64,000 nucleotides of DNA from an uncultured bacterium (GTDB lineage Bacteria > CSSED10-310 > CAZUFC01), in the NCBI GenBank assembly GCA_964619725.1, contig CAZUFC010000019.1:1161-65160 (forward strand). Direction: 5' to 3'. The position numbers were made by a program, and so were the translations under genes. Positions 49,738-61,100 of this stretch are shown here, piece by piece. A model generated the notes under the pieces. It ran no database searches and was not told where the DNA came from. It was given only the letters and a program-made list of their open reading frames with translations. Within the stretch, counting starts at the first letter, position 1. Each line of letters starts with the position of its first letter.

Positions 49738-52700
49738 TTATAAAATGTCGGTTCGTTTTTTCTTCGCTCCTTTCAGGGCAAGACATCCTAAAGAAAGGAT
49801 CAGGAGTATTATCCCCGTGACTGAGAAGGCGGGAATAGGCGCATAGCAAGATTTGGATGCCTGGTCCGTATTGCCGTAGGCTCCCATATTGATTTTGTTG
49901 CCGTGGGGCATAGGTTCGCAGTCGCAAGCATCGGCGGGATCGCCGGCATCGATGCAGGGGGAGCAGTTTTCATCCGCCCCCCAGGCGCCGTTGTGGTAGC
50001 TTCCGATAGTAGACTGCAGATGAAAATCGCCGTTGCCCGGGTCGACGAACAGCGGGTCCTGATCCATATTGCCTTCGCCTTCGAATCCGCCTTGCACGTT
50101 AGAGTAAGTCATATAAATGACGGATAGGCCGGAACTTACGATTTCATTGGGCAAATTGTTCCAGAAAATGCAATTCTTGACGACCGGGGCAGCATTCAGA
50201 CAATGGATGGCCCCGCCGTTCATTACTGCGGAATTCTCGCTGAATGTGCAATTCAGGAAAGTCGGACTAGAATACCAGCATTCGACGCCGCCTCCGTAGT
50301 TTTGCGTTTCATTTCCGATGATGAGGCAATTTTTTATGAGAGCATCGGGATTATCGCTGATGATGTGCAATCCTCCGCCCTGATCCACTGAAGAATTGTA
50401 AGCGATAGTGCAATTTTCCAGCACGCAGGCCGACCCGATGTCGAAAAAGACTCCGCCGTTGTGAACGCCATAGTTTTCGCTAATATTGCAGCCGATAAGA
50501 TGGGGTGAAGCGCTGTAACTTTCGATTCCTCCGCCGAATTGAGCTGTATTTGCTGTTATGTCTGTGTTGGTGATGACGGGGTTGGAGAAATCCCGGCAGT
50601 ATAATCCGCCGCCCATGCCGCCGGAAGTATTTTCCGTGATTATGCAATCGGTTACATTGGGTGAGGAAGTGCTGGAGCAGTAGAGTCCGGCGCCGTCGGA
50701 ATCGGAAATGCACGATTTCACAGTACATTCCAGGAGTGTCGGAGAAGAATTCTGGATGTATATTCCCGCTCCGTATGTTGCGTTGGCGTTGCGGACCGTA
50801 AGGCCGCTGATGACTGAGCCGCTTCCTTCTCCTCTGAATATGATGAAACCTCTGCCGTCGTCTTCGCAATCTATTATACTGTAATCCGGTCCGTTGACTG
50901 AGGTAACGGTAATCGCCTTGCCTTTCATATCGAGATTCTTGTTTCGGTCTCCGGTATAGGTTCCATCGTCGATCAGTACCGTATCGCAGTCAATCGCCGC
51001 ATCAATGGCGTGCTGTATCGTTGTATAGTCTTGAGGCACCTGAATGACGGTGCAGACATGGGTCGGCGTGCTGGAGGGCGTGATGGCTTCCGTCGGCGTA
51101 TAGGTCGGAGTGGGTGAATTCGACTGGCAGTTTTCAAAGGCTTGCTGGAAATTGAAGTAACCGCAGCTTTCGTAAGAATCGACGACCGCATAATAGTTTC
51201 CGGGCGGAAGCGCCGGCATGGTGATGGATTCTCCTTCTCCGGCCCCGTAGTCATCAGCGAAAATAAAGCAGGTTTCGGGTTCGGGTCCGCTCATGATGAG
51301 CAGCACGGGGTCATATTCCGGGGTGACGTTGCTGATGGTGATGGTAACGTCGCAGTATTCATGGTTCATGAAGAATATGCCGAGGTCTTCCCCGTTAAGG
51401 CCGGAAATTCCGCATCCGTATTCCTGGTAATCGTCGTACCAACCGCAGTTGGTTTGAGGATAAGGCGTAGGCGTGTCGGTGGGCGTGGGCAGTGGAGTCG
51501 ATGTTTGACAGTTGTCGAGGGAATAGATGAGGTTCCAGTAACCGCAATCCTCGTAAGAATCGACCACCGCATAATAGTTTCCCGGTTCCAGGGCTGCTAT
51601 GGTGATGGTTTCTCCCTGTCCCGTTCCGTTATCATCTGCATAGGCGAAGCAGTACATAGGCCCGGGTCCGTCAAGAAGCAGGAGGATCGGATCATAGTCG
51701 CCTGGAGTTATATTGTCGATGGAGAGCGTGACGTCGCAGACCTGGTTGACGACGAAGAAGGTGATGAAATCTTCACCGTACAGATCGCTTAATCCGCAGG
51801 CGTAATCCTGCCAGTCGTCGTACCATCCGCAGTTGGTTTGAGGAATAGGCGTTTCAGTAGGAATGGGAGTCGGAGTGATGCAATTATCCATGGAGAGCGT
51901 AATATTCCAGAAACCGCAATCTTCGTAAGAATCGACCACAGCATAATATGTGCCGGGTTCCATTCCGGGTATGGTTATGCTTTCGCCTTCTGCCGCGCCG
52001 CCGTCGTCGGCATAAATGAAGCAATTTTCAGGACCCGGACCGTCCAGAAGCAGCAGCACAGGATCGTAATTGGCCGGCGTCACGGTGTCGATACTGATGG
52101 TGACGTCGCAATGCTGATGAACGACGAAAAATGTGGCGAAATCTTCACCGTTAAGGCCTGTTATGCCGCATCCGTAATCCTGCCAGTCGTCGTACCACCC
52201 GCAGTTGGTCTGGGGAATAGGCGTATTGGTGGGAATAGCAGTGATTGTGGGCGTATTGGTTGCGAATATGGTGGGCGTCGGAGTCGGGGAATGACAATTG
52301 TTGAGTGAGAAGGTGAGGTCCCAGTAGCCGCAGGATTCATACGAATCGATGACGGCATAGTAATTGCCCGGAGCCAGTTGACTGACGTTTATGGTTTCGC
52401 CCTGTCCAGCTCCGTTATCGTCCGCATAAGCGAAACAGTTTGCGGGGTCCGGTTCGTCCAAAAGCAGTATGATCGGATCGTAATCCCCGGGCGTTATGTT
52501 GTTTATAGACAGCGTAACGTCGCATACTTCATGAACTGTAAAGAATGTGATGAAATCTTCACCGTCAAGGCCTGAGAGCCCGCATCCGTAATCCTGCCAG
52601 TCGTCGTACCATCCGCAGTTGGTCTGAGGCAAAGGCGTTCCTGTAGGAATGGGAGTAGGCGTCAGGCATTCGTCTATCGAAAGCGTCAAGTTCCAGTAAC

Positions 52701-55140
52701 CGCAGGATTCAAAGGAGTCGACTGCAATGTAGTAAGCTCCCGGAGCCAATGATGTAACCGTCAGAGTTTCTCCCTGCCCCTGGCCGTTGTCGTCGGCATA
52801 GGTTATGCAATGATCGGGGCCCGGACCGTCGAGCAGTATGAGTATCGGATCATACTCGCCCGGAGTCACGTTGTCCATGGCTATAGTGACGTCGCAGGTC
52901 TGATGCAGCATGAAAAAGGAGATGAAATCCTCTCCATTCAGGCCGGTGAGTCCGCTGCATGAGTAATCCTGCCAGTCGTCGAACCAGCCGCAGTTGGTCT
53001 GAGGAATGGGCGTGTTGGTCGGTATGACGGTCGGGGTCAGCGTCAACGTCGGCGTTGGAGACGCGCAATTGCTGAGGTTGTAGGTTATGTCCCAGTAACC
53101 GCAGTCGGCATAGGAATCTACGACGACATAATAGTAACCGGGCGCCATGGAATTGAGAGATAACGTTTCGCCCTGCCCGGCTCCGTTATCGTCGACGTAC
53201 CCTATGCAATGATCGGGGCCCGGACCGTCCAGGATAAGCAGTATGGGATCGTAAGCGCCCGGAGTGATGTTGTCTATGGTTAGAGTTACGTCGCATACTT
53301 CAGGTACAGATATGAAAGTGGCGAAATCTTCGCCTTCCAGTCCCGTAAGGCCGCAGGCGTAATCCTGCCAGTCGTCGAACCAGCCGCAGTTGGTTTGAGG
53401 AATAGGCGTTCCGGTGGGTATGGGCGTTGGCGTCTGACAGTTTTCTATCATGAGAGTGAAGTCCCAGTAACCGCAACTTTCATAAGAGTCTACGACGGCA
53501 TAATAGTATCCCGGCTGCAGAGCCTGCAAGGTAACGCTTTCGCCCTGTCCGTCTCCGTTGTCGTCGGCGTAGGCAATGCAATGTTCGGGTCCCGGTCCGT
53601 CCAGGATAAGCAGTATGGGATCGTAATCGCCGGGTGTGACGTTATCGATAGTCAAGGTCACGTCGCATACCCCGTTCACAACGAAAAATGTTATGAAATC
53701 TTCTCCCGCCAGTCCCGTAAGGCCTCCACAGGCGTAATCTTCCCAATCATTGCCGTATCCGCAGTTGGTCTGGGGAATAGGCGTTCCGGTCGGCACAGGA
53801 GTCGGCGTAAGAGTGTTAGAAGGGGTACGTGTAGCGGTCCTGGTGGGCGATAAAGTAACCGTCGGCGTCCAGGTAGGCGTCCAGCTCGGCGGAGGCGTCA
53901 TCGTCCAGGTGGCGGTCGGCGTCATTGTCGGCGTATTCGACGGCCCGTACAACGTGGTCGGGGTCCTCGTAGCCGTAGGCGTTCGCGTCGCCGGCTCAGG
54001 CGTTTCCGTCGTGCATGATTCAATGGTGAATTCGGCATAATCTACCTGGCCCGTTACATCCCCCAGGCTGGTCCTGAATCCTATGAAACCGGCCGCAAAT
54101 TCCAGCCTGCTTGTTCCCAGTACAGCATTTTCCTTTACATGCATCATTATGTAGTAAACATTCGTTGCATTATCTCCAATGGTCCAGCCAGGATACGGAT
54201 CAGGAGCGGATTTAGAATAATGAAATCCATTGGGGTATCCAGGCCAGTCGTTGCCGTACGATGAATCTTCCATGGCGGAAGGCGGAACGAAATCCGTGTG
54301 CAATACCGGCGGACTGAAAACCAGCGGATCATAAGTAAACGCGGCATCAATGCCTTCAATCGTTACCTGACTAATGTTAGGATCGAAACGGATCGCCATT
54401 GGGAAAGTAGAGCCTCGACATTGAGTCCCCGAGGAAGGAAAGAAAAATACGTGACCTACCGCCAGAGGCGTCTCCGTCGGAACGGGAGTGCAAGGTGTAG
54501 GAGACGGAAGGCCGACGATGGTATAAGTCCCGCTGCCGATTGTTCCCAGTAGCGGACCGCTCTCGGCGCTGAATCCTATGAACCCGTCAGCGAAATCGAT
54601 GGTGGTCGGACCCGCCGGAGCATACTGCTTGATGGGGAACATTAATGTATGTACGTTATTATCCCCATCCGTTACAGTCCACCCAGGCTGTTCCGCGAGT
54701 TTCACCCTGGCGTAATGATAGCCGTCCGGGTCAATAGGCCAGTTGTTTCCCAGTGATGTATCGGTCATTTCTGAATCAGAAATGTAATCCGTAGTCAATA
54801 TCGGATCATCAAATACGGCTGGATCAAAGGTTATCGCGGCGTCCAATCCGGCAACCGTGGCCGAAGCCAGGTTAGGATCGAAAACAATAGTAACCGTCAA
54901 TGAATCTCCGGGATAAAACGTACCGGTATCGGGACTCAAGGCTACGCTTCCCGGCCCAGGCGTTGGAGTAGATTTCGGACCGTCTGCTGTTGCCTGTTGA
55001 GGAATCATTGAGGTAAAAACAACACCTGTTAAAAGAGCGATCATGAGCGTTCTCACGATGCTCACTCTTAATCCTGACCACGATGATATGACAGGAAATT
55101 TTCCCCTCTGAGGGGAGAGAATTTTTTGCAGAGTTTTCAT
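49738..55140 (-). CDS. 1800-aa surface protein: two N-terminal cohesin-like domains, PT linkers, seven PQTNCG modules, C-terminal beta-helix, IPTL-CTERM-like anchor (scaffoldin candidate)
   Basis: V.L.P......G....V.I.FD.....V.G.DAA.T(F/Y)DP.VF twice; C-terminal ~1080 aa colinear with 41582..49516; tail IPAFSVTGIILLILSLGCLALKGAKKKRTDIL; GGGAGG RBS. Confidence 0.9.
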   Translation of the reverse strand: MKTLQKILSPQRGKFPVISSWSGLRVSIVRTLMIALLTGVVFTSMIPQQATADGPKSTPTPGPGSVALSPDTGTFYPGDSLTVTIVFDPNLASATVAGLDAAITFDPAVFDDPILTTDYISDSEMTDTSLGNNWPIDPDGYHYARVKLAEQPGWTVTDGDNNVHTLMFPIKQYAPAGPTTIDFADGFIGFSAESGPLLGTIGSGTYTIVGLPSPTPCTPVPTETPLAVGHVFFFPSSGTQCRGSTFPMAIRFDPNISQVTIEGIDAAFTYDPLVFSPPVLHTDFVPPSAMEDSSYGNDWPGYPNGFHYSKSAPDPYPGWTIGDNATNVYYIMMHVKENAVLGTSRLEFAAGFIGFRTSLGDVTGQVDYAEFTIESCTTETPEPATRTPTATRTPTTLYGPSNTPTMTPTATWTMTPPPSWTPTWTPTVTLSPTRTATRTPSNTLTPTPVPTGTPIPQTNCGYGNDWEDYACGGLTGLAGEDFITFFVVNGVCDVTLTIDNVTPGDYDPILLILDGPGPEHCIAYADDNGDGQGESVTLQALQPGYYYAVVDSYESCGYWDFTLMIENCQTPTPIPTGTPIPQTNCGWFDDWQDYACGLTGLEGEDFATFISVPEVCDVTLTIDNITPGAYDPILLILDGPGPDHCIGYVDDNGAGQGETLSLNSMAPGYYYVVVDSYADCGYWDITYNLSNCASPTPTLTLTPTVIPTNTPIPQTNCGWFDDWQDYSCSGLTGLNGEDFISFFMLHQTCDVTIAMDNVTPGEYDPILILLDGPGPDHCITYADDNGQGQGETLTVTSLAPGAYYIAVDSFESCGYWNLTLSIDECLTPTPIPTGTPLPQTNCGWYDDWQDYGCGLSGLDGEDFITFFTVHEVCDVTLSINNITPGDYDPIILLLDEPDPANCFAYADDNGAGQGETINVSQLAPGNYYAVIDSYESCGYWDLTFSLNNCHSPTPTPTIFATNTPTITAIPTNTPIPQTNCGWYDDWQDYGCGITGLNGEDFATFFVVHQHCDVTISIDTVTPANYDPVLLLLDGPGPENCFIYADDGGAAEGESITIPGMEPGTYYAVVDSYEDCGFWNITLSMDNCITPTPIPTETPIPQTNCGWYDDWQDYACGLSDLYGEDFITFFVVNQVCDVTLSIDNITPGDYDPILLLLDGPGPMYCFAYADDNGTGQGETITIAALEPGNYYAVVDSYEDCGYWNLIYSLDNCQTSTPLPTPTDTPTPYPQTNCGWYDDYQEYGCGISGLNGEDLGIFFMNHEYCDVTITISNVTPEYDPVLLIMSGPEPETCFIFADDYGAGEGESITMPALPPGNYYAVVDSYESCGYFNFQQAFENCQSNSPTPTYTPTEAITPSSTPTHVCTVIQVPQDYTTIQHAIDAAIDCDTVLIDDGTYTGDRNKNLDMKGKAITVTSVNGPDYSIIDCEDDGRGFIIFRGEGSGSVISGLTVRNANATYGAGIYIQNSSPTLLECTVKSCISDSDGAGLYCSSTSSPNVTDCIITENTSGGMGGGLYCRDFSNPVITNTDITANTAQFGGGIESYSASPHLIGCNISENYGVHNGGVFFDIGSACVLENCTIAYNSSVDQGGGLHIISDNPDALIKNCLIIGNETQNYGGGVECWYSSPTFLNCTFSENSAVMNGGAIHCLNAAPVVKNCIFWNNLPNEIVSSGLSVIYMTYSNVQGGFEGEGNMDQDPLFVDPGNGDFHLQSTIGSYHNGAWGADENCSPCIDAGDPADACDCEPMPHGNKINMGAYGNTDQASKSCYAPIPAFSVTGIILLILSLGCLALKGAKKKRTDIL

Positions 55141-55159
55141 TTCTGTTTCCCCTCCCCTT

Positions 55160-58100
55160 TCAGTTAGATGTCCCGGTGATTTTTTGCTCTGTTCCTCTGA
55201 TTTCCGCTGCAGTTTGTTTACTGGCTCCTTTATTCATTTCCAACAGGAGCGTTTTATCCAGGGCAACGCCGTAAAAGCCCGGAACGAGATCGAGCTTTGA
55301 TTCGTATTCAGGGCCGGAAAAACCGACGGAAGTTCGGAGCGGGAACCTCAAACGGTAGAGAATATTGGCGCCGGCGGGCACTTTTATGCCGGTTTGCCCC
55401 GGTAATGCCCCTTTGCTGTAATGGTAGACATCAGGCAAGTCTGGAGCTCCGAGCCCCTTCGAGAAATCGGTCATGCCTTTCGTCAAAAAGTCTGCCGTCA
55501 TTTGAGGTTTTCCGAGAAATGCCGGATCATAAGCTATGGCGGCATCGACGGCGATTAGAGTATCCGGGGATTCAGCGTTGTAAATGACGTCAACTTCTAT
55601 GTAAGGCCAATCAGCGACGCCTGTCTCCCTTACTTTCAGTTCAAATTCTCCTGAATCGGTTTTTTCTGAAGCCATGTCTTTTGCCGGGAATCCCGGTGCG
55701 AAAGAGACCCGTCCGTTCTGATTCAACCATTCGGAATAGTCCGCTGAATTGACTGCAGAGTCGCCGTTGAAGTCCGCTCTTTCATCCCAGTTTCCTGATC
55801 CGGGCGTACTGCCGTTGGCGAGCAGCCAGATAATGAAATCGATCGATGCGTTAACGTAAGCATCTCCGTTGGCATTGCCGCCCCGCAATGAAATCATTCC
55901 GTCAACTTCATCGCCCAGAGGATCAATACCGTAGCATGGCTCGAACGTCAGATCGTCTTCGTCAGAAAGGTTAATGTTGGCCGTCGTTCCGTAATTCACG
56001 TTGACCATGTTCTCGGTGATTACTTTCAGGTGATTCAGATGAGAAACAGTCAAAAAGAGATCGCCGCCGGGACAACCCGTCAAATCGATATTCCCGGTCT
56101 GCCCATTCGCATTCAGCGGTATGTCTTCATAAGAAGCCACAACTGTATCAGCCGTCTCAGGCGTGGTTCCGAAACGAAACTCTATATCGATCGTGGTGGG
56201 CCGCTGGCTTCCCACAAGATAAAAACCATCCAGGTATGCCGTCAGATTGAAAGTCGGCGGTCCTGCATATTCGTCAGCGCCTATGTCGTAGAAGAAGAAG
56301 CGGTCGTTTCCATCGTAGTCGTAAAGAGTCGTCGAGGGTTCGGCGACATTAGAACCGAAATCTATGCATGGTGAAAGCATCTGTATGTGGTAATCGCCTT
56401 GGCCTACGAATAAGGGATCGGCAGAAATATTTCCTATGCCGGCATCCCCGTCCTGTATGTCGCTGTAAGTCGCTGAAACGCCTTCGATATCGTCGCTGTG
56501 GTCCCAGACGATGCAGTTGATGATGTTCAGGGAGCCTGCATTCTTGTATATGCCGTAATTACCGTTGCTGACTATCGTGTTGTTGACGATATCGACGTTG
56601 GGCCCTCCCGTATGCCAGTATATGCCATGTCCGCCGTTATTAGTGATGAATGAGTTGGTCAGTATGACCGTGTCGTCTGAATAACTGTATATTCCGTCGC
56701 CGCCCGACCAATTGTTGGGAATTGCTGTGGAATCGTTGCCGTCGATATTAAGTCTGTCAAGAGTCACCGATGATACGTCGTCGTTTATGTATATTCCTGC
56801 ACCGTAGCCGTATCCATAATCATATGAGCTGTAACCTGATCCCTGACCCTTGGCGACATTATCATAAATCAGAGTATTCTCAATTACCTCAACCTTGGCA
56901 TCAGTGTTGATGAAAATACCGCCGGCATACCCGTAACCGTAACCTCGACCGTTATATGCCGTGTTATGACCATAGGCGTAGGAGGTGTTTTCCTTTATGA
57001 TGCAATGACTGATAGTCATCGTTTCAGCCGTTGAATTACAGAAGAGCGCTGCGCCGTAAGAATATCCGTACGAATATCGCCCTTGATTGCTGTTTGAGAC
57101 ATAACTGTAAGCCCAGTTCCCTGTGAAGTAATTAGCGTCAATATCAGGGGCTCCTTCAAGTCCAATGTAAACAGCGCCTCCGTAGCTATAACCGTAGATG
57201 TGTCCGCCGTAGTTCTGGGAGATATAACAACGAGCCTGGTTGGCGGTAAATGTGTTTCCGTATACCTGTGAATCGCCGTTCATGCAGATCGCTCCGCCCC
57301 TGCCGCTGGAATTGCGACCGGTTGAATAAGCCCAGTTGCCGTCGAATTCATTGTTTAGAATCTGAGGTGAGGCCGTATCGGAACAGAAGAGCCCCCCGCC
57401 GTATACGATTGATGACGTGAAGGCATTGCTAGCCATATTCCCTGAAAAGGCATTGCCGGAAATGATCACTGTATCGTCTACATCGATGCAGGCTAATCCG
57501 CCGCCGACGAAGGAAGAGGTATTTTCCAGGAAAAGGTTATCCTCAACCGCGCCCAAAGCCGACGTTTCAATAAATAATCCGCCGCCGTATCCTGCTTCAG
57601 TCCCAACGACGCTGTTGTACATAAAGCTGCAATCGTGTACCCAGAATGCGTAACAACGACCGAAATACGCTCCGCCTCCTCTTACGTAATTGCCGCTTTC
57701 GCCGCCGATATTGGTCTCAAAAACGCAATTCCTCACGATAACATGTTCGCAGTCGTAAACGAATAATCCAGCTCCCGCATTTTCTTCACCATGTCTGACG
57801 GTAAATCCGTCAAAAATGACGTCGGCGGCGCCCTGGATCATTACGACTGAATTCCTGTAACCGCCGTCTATCAGAGTTATATTTGCATGGGGATCGCGTT
57901 CTCCGCCGCCTATGGGATAACCGCCCAGAACCGTGGTGTCGCTGCCGATCTCAATATTTTCATGGTAGACCGCACGAGCCACATGAATAAAGGAATCAGG
58001 ACCGGCGATGCTTAAGGCGCCGTTAATGCTCGCCTTGGCCGTCGCCCAACTGAGGCCGTTATTACTGTCGTTGCCGTTAACTTTGTCCACATAGAAATTT

Positions 58101-61100
58101 GCCGCCGGCGTTGCCGTATATGTTCCGACAGGCGTCGGAGTGTTCGGCGTTACGCTCGGTTGCGGCGTCGGATTGATCGACTGGGTCTCATCCGCTCCGA
58201 TATCGACGATAAGACCGTTGTATGGGCGCGTATCTCCGTCATAATCGGTCAATGGCGCCAGGGTGTTTAGCCCCCGATCCACGCAGCAGGAGCTCGGCAA
58301 GATGTGATAGTCGTCAATGCCGACGAATTCAGGATTGCAAGGCGGCGTCAGGTTTCCCTGTCCCGGATCGCCGCCCTGAATATTGCTGTAGGTCGCTGTT
58401 ACAGCTTCCAGGTCATCGTTGTTCCCCCAGAGGATGCAATTCCGAATCGTGGGAACCGCTCCTTCCGTCCCTCTTATGCCGTATCCGGGATTGTAAGCGA
58501 TAGTGTCGTTAACGAATTCAGGCGTGCCTCCGTAAAGGTATATGCCGGTGCCCGCATTTTCGACCACAAATGTGTTGTATACTCTGGCTGATGACTCCTG
58601 AATGTAAAGGCCGTATCCAGTAGAAGCGTTATTCGGAGAAGCGCTTAAATTATTGTTTTTTATCAGCGCCCCGTCAAACTCTACATCGTTTAACCCCCCA
58701 TTGATGTAGACTCCGCCTCCGCGGGCATATGCATAATCATAGGAACCGTATCCTGCGCCTGAAGCTGTACAAAGACTGCCTTCAATCCTCGTGCTTCCGC
58801 CGATAAACGCTACTGTTTCGTCGGTGATGTAAATGCCGCCGCCGTATGCGTAGCCCCTGCCGCGACCATTGTAAGACGTATTCTGTCCGTAGGCTTGAGC
58901 TGTACTGCTTCTTATAATATCGCCTTTCATCTCCAGATCGCATCCTGCATCGCAAAATACTGTACCGCCGTAAGCAATTCCCTGACCGTAATACCCCTGG
59001 GAAGTGTTCCTGGCATCAGCATGCGCCTTGTTATTCTCATAGACATTTCCCCAGGATTTCACCGTGCAACCGTCCGCACAGTACAATGCTCCGCCGTAAG
59101 CATACTCCGTGAGCGTAGAGCCATATCCGCCGCTATAATACGTATAAGCCAGGTTGTCGGAAATGGTGTTGGACTGGAGCGTTAATTCTCCGTCGCAATA
59201 AATGCCGCCGCCTCTCGTAGTTCTGCCTTGAGCATTAAGTATTTGAATCGTGTTGTTGGAAATCGAGTTACCTTCAGCGTAACAGGAGCCTGCAGAGTGT
59301 ACGTAAAGACCGCCGCCGCGATTGCTGGTGGAGCCCCCGTAACAGAGGTTGTTCTCGATTGTATTGTCTTCCAGATGAACCGTCGAATCCGCTGCGTGCA
59401 CCGATACTCCGCCGCCGGCGTGACCTGATGTGTTGGCGAGTATCTCGTTACCGCTAATGACGATTTTATATCCGCCGCCGCAGTAAATTCCGGCTCCGTA
59501 TGCTGCATCACCCTCAGCTATGTTGTTCTCGATCAGATTGTCGCCTACGAATATATTAACGCCCTCAAGATAAAGGCCGCCGCCGCATGCCAGATTACGG
59601 GCGCCGGGACTGCCGTAAGTGACGTTTTCCTGGATTTTATTATTGGTGATGTTGACGTTTTCAGAACGGCTTACAGTAATGCCTGCTCCATAATCTCCAA
59701 CGCCGTTCGTGACCATAAAGCCGTCTATTTCAACATTTTTAACCTCCGATACCGTCATCACGGGATCATAAGCATCGCCGTCGACTACCGAAGGATAAAC
59801 GTCAGGATTCCTAATTCCTCCGCCCGGGGGATACCCGCCCCATAAATAGAGGTTATCCGTGCACACCAGGTTTTCCACGTAAACATGCCCCGTCACATGG
59901 ACGTAAGCGCCGCCGGCCGCTTCAGCCAGTTCAATCGCCGCGGTTATGCTCGCCTTGGCCGTTCCCCAGCTTAATCCGTCATTCAAATCGTCGCCGTATA
60001 ATCCGTCAACGTAATAATGGTCCGAAGGCGTCGGTTCAGGCGTCGGCGTTACGGCCGGCGTTGCGTAGGCCGTCGGTGAGGGATTGATGACGTCGACTTC
60101 ATCCGCCCCCAGATCGGGAATGCCTCCTGCATAGGGACGAGGATCGTCGTCGAAATCATGATCGCGAATGTCGTCGTAACTCCCCCTGTCGACACAACAG
60201 GATTGCGGCTGCAAATGATAGTCTCCGCCGCCGACGAACAGAGGATCGCATGGCGGACTTAAGTTGCCTTCGCCGGGATCCTTGCCCTGTATATTGCTGT
60301 ATGTGGCGGAAACGCCTTCCAGATCATCGAGATTGCCCCACAATATGCAATTTCGTATCACTGGAGCGCTTCCTTCTGTTCCATAGATTCCGTAACCGTC
60401 GTTATAGACTATAGTATCGTTGATGATCATCGAATTGCTCGAATAAAGATAAACCGCCGTATCAGGATGTTCTGCGATGATCGAATTGTAAATATCTACG
60501 CTGACATCCGATATGTACAGGCCGTAGCCGCGAAGCTGCGTGGCAGGACTGGCCGTAATATTGTTGCCGCGGATTACGGCGCTGTCGATATCCACATCAC
60601 AATCCGGTCCGTAAACCGCTATGCCGCCGCCCCGGGAATAAGCATAATCATAGCTGCTGTACCCTGCGCCCGCAGCCTGACACCGGTTGTCTTCAACTAT
60701 GGATTTTAAATTGATGTTGACGGTCGATAAGTCGGCACAGTGGACGCCTCCGCCGTATGCATAACCGGAACCGCGACCGTTGTAGGCCGTATTCACCCCG
60801 TAAGCGTAACAGGTGTTCGCCGACAGCGTATCGCCGCTTAACGTCACATCTCCGCCGCCTTCGCAGAATACCGCGCCTCCGTAGGCGAAACCCTGTCCGT
60901 AATAACCCTGACTGCTGTTGCGCCCTTCAGCGTGTGCAAGATTTTCATTATAAATGTTGCCGATGGAATGAACTATACCGCCGTCAGCGCAATATAGCGC
61001 GCCGCCGTAAGAACACTCTGTCAAAGTGGCGCCGTAACCTCCGTTGAAATAATTATAAGCCAGATTCCGCTCAATGACGCCGTTCACCATCGTTAAATTT

